Shown here: positions 7,632 to 15,284 of the stretch, piece after piece
Numbering within the stretch: position 1 is the stretch's first letter
How the letters are laid out: each line of letters begins with the position of its first letter
NCBI GenBank assembly: GCA_019057375.1
Contig: DXJF01000060.1
Span: forward strand, 1-19,512
Length of the DNA: 19,512 bases
Reading direction: 5' to 3'
Source: Candidatus Heimdallarchaeota archaeon
Lineage (GTDB): Archaea > Asgardarchaeota > Heimdallarchaeia > Heimdallarchaeales > Heimdallarchaeaceae
Translations under genes and position numbers: made by a program
Notes under the pieces: model-generated
The model's database searches: none
Seen by the model: only the letters and a program-made list of their open reading frames with translations
Told to the model about the DNA's origin: nothing

Positions 7632-8324
7632 GTGTGGATTGCAAAAATCTCCGGTGTAACTAACTATGACACAGCTTTATCAGTCGACGTTTCATCTTAT
7701 TTCGCAATAGGTGCAATAATTGACGATATCAATGAAATCAGGTCTGTAAGTAAATTTGACGCTCGTAGAATATTCGCAAACATCGAAAAATGTACAACTA
7801 TTGCAGAAATTGTTCCTTCTTCTCTTGACGATATCTTCGAAACACTAGATGTCTGTCAACCTAACACAATACAAGTAAATGGAGATTTCTTTAACGATGT
7901 TAATAATCTCATTGCGGTTCAATCAATTGCAACAATACCAATTATTGGTTCGATATTTTTAGATAAAGAAACATATAAATCAAACATACTAGATCCAGAT
8001 CCAGTTAAAGCAGCACAAACACTAGATCACTATGTGCAAATCATAAATGTAAACGTTCCATTAGGACCAAGCTGGGGAAATAAGGAAACAAAAACTAGGA
8101 TGATTGATATAATAGATAATATTCAGAAAGCAATAACAAAACCTCTTGTTGTTGGAGGGGGATTAACAACTGCTAATGTCAAGAAAATAATCTCTACCGT
8201 AAAACCAAATGCAGTAGATGTATCTTCTGGTGTTGAAAAACTCAGTGGCATTAAAGACCTTGAATTAATACAAGAATTTCTGCAAGAAGTTTACGACTAC
8301 AAAGATCTTTTGTCAGGGGTATAA
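7632..8324 (+). CDS. trpF: Phosphoribosylanthranilate isomerase (TrpF)-fold protein with substituted catalytic residues
   Basis: GTG start. KISGVT (canonical KICGIT), IQVNG (canonical QLHG), and an intact phosphate-binding C-terminus LVVGGGLTTANV...KPNAVDVSSGVEK..GIKD. No other trp genes are in the window. Confidence 0.8.
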   Translation: MWIAKISGVTNYDTALSVDVSSYFAIGAIIDDINEIRSVSKFDARRIFANIEKCTTIAEIVPSSLDDIFETLDVCQPNTIQVNGDFFNDVNNLIAVQSIATIPIIGSIFLDKETYKSNILDPDPVKAAQTLDHYVQIINVNVPLGPSWGNKETKTRMIDIIDNIQKAITKPLVVGGGLTTANVKKIISTVKPNAVDVSSGVEKLSGIKDLELIQEFLQEVYDYKDLLSGV

Positions 8325-8328
8325 TACA

Positions 8329-9039
8329 TTAAAAAAGTGATTTAAAGTATAGCCATATCACTTTCTTTGAAATTTTTGATTCTCCAGAATGTCTTGTACC
8401 GAAAGTATAGTCTACATGTCCCACCTTTAACTTTGATGGGTATGATTTTAAGAAATCAAAAAGCACTTTATATCCTTCTAAAATGAACTTCTTTTTCTTT
8501 TCGTGCAGAAATCCTTTCCAGATTCGTGTTTTAGATGCAAATAGACCAGTCATCACATCTTTTACTCTATTTTTGCGTCTAAATATGAGTGCTAAGATTC
8601 CAAGTAATCTTGCAACAAAGGACATTAGTTTTCTATTCATTGACCAATTTCCCACAATCTTGATTCTATTCCCCGCAACTAAATCATAGTCCTCTTGAAG
8701 AAGTTTAAGGAAACCTGGGATAACCTTTGGGGGATGTTGTAAATCTCCATCCATCACCAAAAAATAAGCTGTTGAACAAGTAAGAATGGCATCCAAAACA
8801 CTAACAGTTAATCCATGCACTTCCTCATCCTTTCTATCTAGAAAGAATGTATCTATTTTTCCTTCAAAAGTTTCAGTTATTTCCTTTGTTTTATCTTTTG
8901 ATCCATCATCTGCAACAATTACTTTGCAATTTGGAGCATTCTTCTCTATTAATTCTAGAAGTTCTCCAAGAGATTTTTCTTCATTTAATGTGGGGATGAT
9001 TACAGTAAGATTACTGAAATCTAGATTTACCTCAGTCAT
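8329..9039 (-). CDS. GT2 glycosyltransferase, dolichol/polyprenol-phosphate mannose synthase (DPM1-like)
   Basis: VIIPTLNE, VIVADDGSKDKT, VMDGDLQHPP, R..GESK motifs. 236 aa with no C-terminal TM domain. Confidence 0.85.
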   Translation of the reverse strand: MTEVNLDFSNLTVIIPTLNEEKSLGELLELIEKNAPNCKVIVADDGSKDKTKEITETFEGKIDTFFLDRKDEEVHGLTVSVLDAILTCSTAYFLVMDGDLQHPPKVIPGFLKLLQEDYDLVAGNRIKIVGNWSMNRKLMSFVARLLGILALIFRRKNRVKDVMTGLFASKTRIWKGFLHEKKKKFILEGYKVLFDFLKSYPSKLKVGHVDYTFGTRHSGESKISKKVIWLYFKSLF

Positions 9040-9178
9040 CTTCTTTTTTCTTGTTTAAAAACTATAAAAACGTTAACGTAGCAATGTAGCTAAATCTTAT
9101 CATTCATCTTGAAACATTGTATGGGAACCTTACATATTTAACAAACCTCATATAGTTTGCTTTTCTAAATTCATTTGA

Positions 9179-9715
9179 ATGACCACCTTAACTCCCAATG
9201 TTACTTACATCATAAAGATAATCAATGCAGGGGATTATGCGGTTGGTAAAACAAGTTTAGCAATTCGATATACTCAAAACCGTTTTACTTCTTCCTATCT
9301 CCCCACTTTAGGAGTAGATTTCTATAGTAAGATGATTCAATATGATGAAGATACAACATTGCGTTTAGTACTCTTTGATACAGTCGGTCAAGAAAAGCTA
9401 GTTACGCTTCGTAAACGATACTATACTGGAGCTCATGGAGCTGTTGTTGTTTTTGACATAACTAGAAAAGAATCTTATGATCACATAGAAAAGTGGATTA
9501 ATGAAGTTGAGGAAAAATGCCCCAACATCCCAATTATTATTGTAGGAAACAAAACTGATCTTGAGGAAGAAAGAACTGTAGATTTTAAAGAACTGGATAA
9601 AAATTGGTCATCAAAAGGTTACACAGTATTAGAATCCTCAGCTAAATTTGGAGAAGGAGTAGATGACATTTATACTATAATTGCAAATAAAGTAATGGAG
9701 AAAATGGGATATTAA
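9179..9715 (+). CDS. Rab-like small GTPase (Ras superfamily)
   Basis: G1 GDYAVGKT, G2/RabF1 PTLGVDF, G3 FDTVGQE, YYTGA and VVFDIT (RabF4/F5-like), G4 NKTD, G5 SSAK. No C-terminal Cys prenylation tail. Confidence 0.92.
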   Translation: MTTLTPNVTYIIKIINAGDYAVGKTSLAIRYTQNRFTSSYLPTLGVDFYSKMIQYDEDTTLRLVLFDTVGQEKLVTLRKRYYTGAHGAVVVFDITRKESYDHIEKWINEVEEKCPNIPIIIVGNKTDLEEERTVDFKELDKNWSSKGYTVLESSAKFGEGVDDIYTIIANKVMEKMGY

Positions 9716-10416
9716 TTTTGTCTCCAAAGTTCAACCGCAATAATTTTACCGTTCTCTAGAAACAATCTTGGTACATAATCATCTGCAACAAAAGATCCAT
9801 CAGGAAGTTGTACTTTTGATTCAGAATCACTTTTCTCAATGTTTTCAGGAGCAATAAATAGTGAATCTCCAACTAGAATATAATCCCGAATGCTATCCTC
9901 CATTGGAGGAAGAACTTCTAATTGTTTGAAAATATTCTCTACATCAATTATTTTTGTTTTTACAGCCTTAGTTTCATATCGTCTAGGTTCAGCTTCCTTT
10001 TTCTCCTTTGGTTTAGGAGTTTCCTTTTTTACAGGAGCTTTTTTTGGAGTAGTTTTTGGTTTAGGTTTGGAAGTTTCCTTTTTTACTGGAGCTTTTATTG
10101 GAGTAGTTTTTGGTTTTGGTTTTGCTACAGATCCTCCAGAGGGAGCATTTATTGCCTCATCTATTGCTTCTAAGAAATCATTGTTAGTAGATTCTTCTTC
10201 TAAATTAACGATTTTATAGCCTAGTTCCATTCTTAATCTAGCTGTTTCTCTTGCACAAGCGAACTTGGAATGAGGAGAAGATTGACTACCTAACCATGTG
10301 TAAATTTTCTTTTGATTATGAGAAATTACTACCAAAACATTTGAAGAAGCTAGAGCGACTTCTTTATTAGCACACTCTGTCATTTCTCCAGTAGACTGTA
10401 TAATATATAGAGTCAT
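9712..10416 (-). CDS. Gelsolin-domain protein: one gelsolin repeat, a K/P/T-rich repeated linker and an unknown C-terminal domain
   Basis: aa 1-87 ALASSNVLVVISHNQKKIYTWLGSQSSPHSKFACA....L........LEEESTNNDFLEAI match the gelsolin fold signature (L.S.DV.IL....IY.W.G..S...K..A.......E....F). The C-terminal about 80 aa are globular and unassigned. Confidence 0.8.
   Translation of the reverse strand: MTLYIIQSTGEMTECANKEVALASSNVLVVISHNQKKIYTWLGSQSSPHSKFACARETARLRMELGYKIVNLEEESTNNDFLEAIDEAINAPSGGSVAKPKPKTTPIKAPVKKETSKPKPKTTPKKAPVKKETPKPKEKKEAEPRRYETKAVKTKIIDVENIFKQLEVLPPMEDSIRDYILVGDSLFIAPENIEKSDSESKVQLPDGSFVADDYVPRLFLENGKIIAVELWRQN
10008..10122 (-). repeat. Intragenic 54-bp tandem duplication (about 2.1 copies) encoding KPKPKTTP(I/K)KAPVKKET(S/P)
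   Basis: AGTTTCCTTTTTTAC(A/T)GGAGCTTTT.TTGGAGTAGTTTTTGGTTT.GGTTT begins at 10018 and again at 10072, an offset of 54 bp or 18 codons. Confidence 0.9.
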
Positions 10417-10535
10417 TTAGATTCGAGTAAAAACAAGGCTTTATCATTTTTATAGTTAGTGTTTGTTTCAAGCGATTTGTTTAGATTCTATCTTTCTTAA
10501 GTTGATTTCTATGTTTTCAGCCATTTCGAATTGTT

Positions 10536-10561
10536 AAACCGAAAATTAGCCGGTTTTTTTT
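10536..10561 (+). terminator. Hairpin plus T-tract, terminator-like
   Basis: AAACCG-aaaattagc-CGGTTT stem-loop running into T8 (10554-10561). Confidence 0.35.
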
Positions 10562-10689
10562 ATAGTTGCAACAAGAAAAAGTTTCAAAAGAAATATATAC
10601 GGATTCAATATACGAATAAATGTTAAATAGTCCTTGTTCAATATAGTGTAGTAGAACAATATATTACAAAAAGTCTTGAGGCTAATAAA

Positions 10690-11553
10690 ATGAGTTCAAA
10701 AATAATAGAATCTGTAGCTTATTCTTATATTGGGAGGTTTATAGAACCATATCTTGCAGAATTTGATGGATTAAAATTAACTTTGCGAAAAGCAGGGGTA
10801 GATAAGAGTGTGAGAATGTATCTCAGTGTTAGAATTTTTTGGGCTATTATTCTTTCTATTGTTTCTCTTGTTGTTCTTATAGCAGTAAAAATTGTTGTAG
10901 CTGAATTATCAGTAATACTTGTGATTGTTTTACCAATTCTAGTCTTGATAAGCATGTTTGTTTTTACATGGGTATATCCCAGCTATTTAGTTGGGGAAAG
11001 AAAAAGTAAATTGGAAGCAGCATTACCAACAGCAGCTGGCTATATGACAGCTATGGCATCTGCTGGCGTTACTCCTGACCGAATATTTCTATCACTCACT
11101 AAAGAAAAGATTGGAGAAGCAATTGTTAAGGATGCAAGGAAAATATCAAGAGACATACAAGTTTTTGGTTATGATATAGTCCATGCTCTCGAAGAAGCTT
11201 CTCTTAGATCTCCTTCAGCGAAATACTCAAGCTTTTTGGAAGGAATTGTAGGGACTTTTACATCAGGAGGAGAGTTACAAAGATACTTAGAAGTTTCCTC
11301 TGAAACTTTAATGAGTGATAAAGTTCAGAGTGAGAAGAATTTCATTGATACTCTAGGTATAATGGCTGAGTTATTCATGGTTATGGGAGTAGTAGCTCCA
11401 ATATTCTTCATAGTAATTTTGGCGATGATGTCAATGCTGGGCGGTTCAGCTGGAAATGCGAATCTGCTAATGGCAGTTATGGTTTATATAATTATACCAG
11501 TTTCAGAATTAGTAATCATTGTGCTAATCGATGCACAACAACCGGAGATGTAG
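10690..11553 (+). CDS. Type II secretion system F-family (TadC/PilC-like) pilus membrane platform protein 1
   Basis: Two N-terminal TM helices, YPSY...ERKSKLEAALP.A..YM..MASAG, DIQVFGYDIVHALEEAS.RSPS.KYS.FL.GI..T..SGG.L..YL, then C-terminal TM helices. Confidence 0.9.
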   Translation: MSSKIIESVAYSYIGRFIEPYLAEFDGLKLTLRKAGVDKSVRMYLSVRIFWAIILSIVSLVVLIAVKIVVAELSVILVIVLPILVLISMFVFTWVYPSYLVGERKSKLEAALPTAAGYMTAMASAGVTPDRIFLSLTKEKIGEAIVKDARKISRDIQVFGYDIVHALEEASLRSPSAKYSSFLEGIVGTFTSGGELQRYLEVSSETLMSDKVQSEKNFIDTLGIMAELFMVMGVVAPIFFIVILAMMSMLGGSAGNANLLMAVMVYIIIPVSELVIIVLIDAQQPEM

Positions 11554-11561
11554 GTGAAAAA

Positions 11562-12491
11562 ATGGCAATAAGTGACGAAGTTGAAGTTGAAGTAAAAAGG
11601 TTTCAAATCACACAAGATTTGATTTATTGGACAATTGCAGGAGTTGCTGGTGTAATTTTAGTTACATTAGGAATAATAGATGTTCTAGTTCAACGAACTG
11701 GTGATGATTTCATCACAATTCTCGATATTAATGATTTCGTAATTTTAGCAATTATTATTGTAATAGGAATTCCCACATTTCTGATTATTTATAGAGAGGA
11801 AAGAAGACAAGCAAGAATTGATGAAAACTTGCCTTATCTTCTGAGGGAAATTAGCAATGCTCAGCGTACAGGTATGGCTCTTCCAAGGGCAATTCAAGAA
11901 TCTGCAAAGCGTCAATATGGTCCTCTAACACCTGAATTAAGGAAAATGTCCAGCAAAATTTCTTGGGGGATACCTTTTAATCAAGCTATGACTGACTTTC
12001 AAGAGTCAGTTAATACTCCTTTAGCACAGAGAGCTACTTTATTGATTCTCGAAGCTGAAAGATCGGGAGGAAATCTTGAAGAAATATTTGAAGCAACTGA
12101 AAAATATGTACAGACTCTCCTAAATCTCAAAAAGGAAAGAGAGGGTGCAATGAAGCCATATGTCTGGATTGTTTATGCTTCTTTTATAATTTTCATCCTA
12201 GTTGTAGTGATTCTATTTCAAACATTCTTTATTCCATTCTTTTCAGCAAATATATCTTCAGAACAAACAGCTGGAATGTTTTTAGTGAATATAGATTTGG
12301 ATATACTTGAAGTTCTCTTCTTGCACATGCTGGCAGTTCAAGGGTTCTTCTCGGGATTAGTTGCAGGAAAAATGTCTAAAATGTCTGTAAAAGCAGGACT
12401 AATGCATTCAGTGGTACTTATGTTCTTAGGTTGGTTTGCATTCAAGATATTAATACAACCAGATAATCCATTGATATCAATCGGAATATAG
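11562..12491 (+). CDS. Type II secretion system F-family (TadB/TadC/PilC-like) pilus membrane platform protein 2
   Basis: IDENLPYLLREISNAQRTGM.LP.AI, YGPLT.EL.KM...ISWG.PF..AM, SGGNLEEIF, QGFFSGLVAGKM......AGL.HS. Confidence 0.9.
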   Translation: MAISDEVEVEVKRFQITQDLIYWTIAGVAGVILVTLGIIDVLVQRTGDDFITILDINDFVILAIIIVIGIPTFLIIYREERRQARIDENLPYLLREISNAQRTGMALPRAIQESAKRQYGPLTPELRKMSSKISWGIPFNQAMTDFQESVNTPLAQRATLLILEAERSGGNLEEIFEATEKYVQTLLNLKKEREGAMKPYVWIVYASFIIFILVVVILFQTFFIPFFSANISSEQTAGMFLVNIDLDILEVLFLHMLAVQGFFSGLVAGKMSKMSVKAGLMHSVVLMFLGWFAFKILIQPDNPLISIGI

Positions 12492-12511
12492 TAATCGGAT
12501 GTGATGAAACT

Positions 12512-12940
12512 ATGGGAAAACTTGAAGACGATGTTAAAAATATTAAGGAACAAGTTGATGAGCTACAGAGATTAACTAATCAAATCAGTTTTAATGTAGT
12601 TAGAATTATGGGTACTCTAGAAAAGGGAGTTATTCCTTCAGCAGATGGAGATTCTGAAGGAATTGTAGGTTCTGTTTCAGTTGATCTCGGTCCTTTGGAA
12701 GATAAAATAGAACAACTTGGACAGTCTATATGTACCAAAGAAGATTTAATTCAAATTAAGGACCAAATCGATAATTTGGTTTCAGATAGAATTCAAAAAG
12801 CAGAAGATATGCAAGAAAGAGCCTCTAATCTTCTTGACAAAGGTATGGAGTTAGTTGAGTTAGAAGCTACTCTTGCAGAAATCAAATCTCTTCTTGAAGA
12901 AAGAATACTGGGCGATGATGCAGAAGATAAAGGGGAATAA
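12512..12940 (+). CDS. Acidic coiled-coil hypothetical protein within the pilus operon
   Basis: 142 aa of amphipathic heptads (LEDDVKNIKEQVDELQRL; LVELEATLAEIKSLLEE). No TM helix or signal peptide. Tightly packed between platform protein 2 and the first pilin-like gene. Confidence 0.65.
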   Translation: MGKLEDDVKNIKEQVDELQRLTNQISFNVVRIMGTLEKGVIPSADGDSEGIVGSVSVDLGPLEDKIEQLGQSICTKEDLIQIKDQIDNLVSDRIQKAEDMQERASNLLDKGMELVELEATLAEIKSLLEERILGDDAEDKGE

Positions 12941-12944
12941 AGAA

Positions 12945-14105
12945 TTGAAAGAAAAAAATAAGAAGAAAGGTTTGAAAGCATTCCTTAAGGGAAGTAAAGC
13001 TCAGATAAGAGGTGTTGATTTTGCACTAGCTCTTCTAATCTTTGTTATAGCTTTTAGCCAGGTAATTATTGTTCTTTCAAATTTATTAATTCCTTCATTA
13101 GTGCAGATGGAAACCTATTCTCAAGAACAAGAATTGAATAAATTATACAGTAATATTTTCTCTTCTGAGGGTAATCCATCTAATTGGGGGACCATTGCTA
13201 CTGCATCTTTAACAGATTTTAGACTGGGTCTAATGGGAGCAAATGGTGATCTCGATTTTACAAAAATAAATAGGTTGACTAACGATATTTCTTCCTATTG
13301 GACAATAAACTATCTGAATGTAAAAGTAGCGTACAACATGATCCAAGATTTCGCTGTCAGTATATATTCTCCAATTTCAATTTCCATTAATGACTATACT
13401 GCTGCTTTCGGTGAAATCAATCTTTATGGTGAGGTTAATGAACATCAAACCCTAATAGAAGGTGCTGAAATTTGGGCTTTTGCTATTGATAATAATAACA
13501 ATGTGGTCTCAAACTATACAACTACAAAGGATATTTCTGGTTCTATAAGCTTCAGAGCAACACTAATCGCTCCCGAAACAGATTATTATACAATAGTAGT
13601 ATTTGCTCAAGTTGGGGAGATTTATCAAGATTATATTGTTAAAAGATTGGTTAGAGAAAGTAGTGGTCTTGAGTATTACTTTGTTGATTTTGATTTTCGA
13701 CCTTTTGTTAAAGAAAACACAAACTCACCTGGTTCAGCAATAGATGTAACTGTTGAACGAAATGTGCTGAGTGATGAGGCTCATGCAATTGTTGTGTTTC
13801 CTTTTTCAGATTTAGGGGTAGACCATCATAAGCAGAATTTAACTCAAGAAACAACAGCTGAAGGAGATATATATTCAGGAACAGGTATTTCGATAACCAC
13901 TAATGGATTAGCTGTTGTTGTAGTAAATGAGAGAGCTGAATCAACATATTCTGCAGGTTACATCGGAATTCCTATGTTTCAAAATTCCATTCATGGTGGA
14001 ATATTCGCACATTCCTCTTTCCAAGATCAACAAACTTACATTTCAAAAACTAAGATGTTTACTATCAGAAATGTACTTCTAAAATGTCAAATTTGGTACT
14101 GGTGA
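12945..14105 (+). CDS. Large type IV pilin-like protein (class III signal peptide), possible minor pilin or adhesin
   Basis: Preferred start is TTG at 12945 (SD AGGGGA, no overlap with the upstream gene). Basic leader MKEKNKKKGLKAFLKGSKA|QIRGVDF followed by a hydrophobic helix, G.P.NW motif and a beta-rich C-terminal region. Confidence 0.75.
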   Translation: MKEKNKKKGLKAFLKGSKAQIRGVDFALALLIFVIAFSQVIIVLSNLLIPSLVQMETYSQEQELNKLYSNIFSSEGNPSNWGTIATASLTDFRLGLMGANGDLDFTKINRLTNDISSYWTINYLNVKVAYNMIQDFAVSIYSPISISINDYTAAFGEINLYGEVNEHQTLIEGAEIWAFAIDNNNNVVSNYTTTKDISGSISFRATLIAPETDYYTIVVFAQVGEIYQDYIVKRLVRESSGLEYYFVDFDFRPFVKENTNSPGSAIDVTVERNVLSDEAHAIVVFPFSDLGVDHHKQNLTQETTAEGDIYSGTGISITTNGLAVVVVNERAESTYSAGYIGIPMFQNSIHGGIFAHSSFQDQQTYISKTKMFTIRNVLLKCQIWYW

Positions 14106-14109
14106 TACA

Positions 14110-14577
14110 ATGAAAAAACTAACAAAGAATAGAAAAGCACAACTTTTCATCATAGAAGCCTTTATCGCTGTATCTGTTATGATAATCATGGTAACTGCTT
14201 TGTATGAAGTTCAAATTGCTACACAACCACCAATAGAGGCAAATTACCAAGAAGAAGTATATACCGCTCTAAAATCGCTGGATAATCAGAATGTACTTGA
14301 TGGTTATATTTATTCCGTTCTAAATAGTCAAACCGCAAACATAACTTACTATAGAACGGTTATTGAGCAAGCAATTTATGGCTCATTACCCGACAATGGT
14401 GAATTTAATCTATATTATGAAAACCTGGATACAAGCTTAGAAATATCAGGGAGTTGGATGAATCAACATCTTACACCTTCTACGGAAGCTATAGGTATTG
14501 ATTATATTATCTCAGAAGTGAATGGCGAATTGATTCCATGTACCATTCATCTAAAAGTATGGTTAAAAGGTGTTTAA
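14110..14577 (+). CDS. Type IV pilin-like protein (class III signal peptide)
   Basis: MKKLTKNRKA|QLFIIEAFIAVSVMIIMVTAL: basic leader, KA|Q cleavage site, acidic residue near +6, then a hydrophobic helix. Confidence 0.78.
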   Translation: MKKLTKNRKAQLFIIEAFIAVSVMIIMVTALYEVQIATQPPIEANYQEEVYTALKSLDNQNVLDGYIYSVLNSQTANITYYRTVIEQAIYGSLPDNGEFNLYYENLDTSLEISGSWMNQHLTPSTEAIGIDYIISEVNGELIPCTIHLKVWLKGV

Positions 14578-14578
14578 G

Positions 14579-15259
14579 ATGAAGAAAGTATCTCTCACTA
14601 AAAACAAACGAGGACAGGTCTTCTTGCTCTTGTCTATTACAATACTTATTTTTCTCATTATTATATCTGCAACTATATTCCAAATAACACAAAGTCCATA
14701 CATTAATCCAGCACCAAATCAACAGCAATTGTATGATTATTTAGATAATAGTCTCAACGCAATAGATGACTTATCAAATGTTGCTTTGTCTCAGTTGTCA
14801 TTGGGGGCATCTCGGAATGATGTTCTAACCATAATGGATGAAGGACTGGAACTAATCGAAGCTTATCTGGATGATCACAACCTTCCATCTATCTTAACTT
14901 ATGATGATGTTAATCTAATTATCGCGAATAGTAGCACTGCACTTAATCCAGTGTACATTCATTTTGAGGTTGAAGTTTCAATCCACATTAACAGTTTGGA
15001 TTTATACTATGATAGTGTAATTCATTTTAATACAACTTATTACATGGAAACATCTGGAATTATTGGCAATTTGAATTATGTTTATCTCTACAAAGAAGCA
15101 AATGGGGTTAAAACAATGGTAAATAACGGGATTGTTGCTATTTCGCCTAGTACATCTGTAACAAATTTGGGCGATGGTAGATATTCAGCTGATCTAGCTT
15201 CAGGACAAACGATAACGGCATTGTTACCTCATAACATCTGGTTATGGTTAGAAATTTAA
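14579..15259 (+). CDS. Type IV pilin-like protein (class III signal peptide)
   Basis: ATG at 14579 preceded by SD AAGGTG. MKKVSLTKNKRG|QVFLLLSITILIFLIIISA. Confidence 0.78.
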   Translation: MKKVSLTKNKRGQVFLLLSITILIFLIIISATIFQITQSPYINPAPNQQQLYDYLDNSLNAIDDLSNVALSQLSLGASRNDVLTIMDEGLELIEAYLDDHNLPSILTYDDVNLIIANSSTALNPVYIHFEVEVSIHINSLDLYYDSVIHFNTTYYMETSGIIGNLNYVYLYKEANGVKTMVNNGIVAISPSTSVTNLGDGRYSADLASGQTITALLPHNIWLWLEI

Positions 15260-15284
15260 GTGGAAGGAGAAGAAAAGCGAAAAC

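Noticed and set aside
9070-9079. 10-bp palindrome ACGTTAACGT between the divergent GT2 and GTPase genes
   Set aside because: It is a single short palindrome with no second copy seen in the window, so it cannot be distinguished from chance.
10008-10122. CRISPR-like or mobile-element repeat
   Set aside because: It is an in-frame coding duplication with no spacers and no cas or transposase genes.
8483-10219. + strand ORFs 8483-8689, 8786-9058, 9890-10219 and 9922-10173
   Set aside because: They are antisense to the GT2 and gelsolin genes. Their apparent F/G or F/W repeats are simply the reverse complement of the K/P linker duplication.
12873-12944. Longer start (12873) for the large pilin-like ORF
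   Set aside because: It overlaps the upstream gene by 68 bp. TTG at 12945 has an SD and gives a normal-length class III leader.
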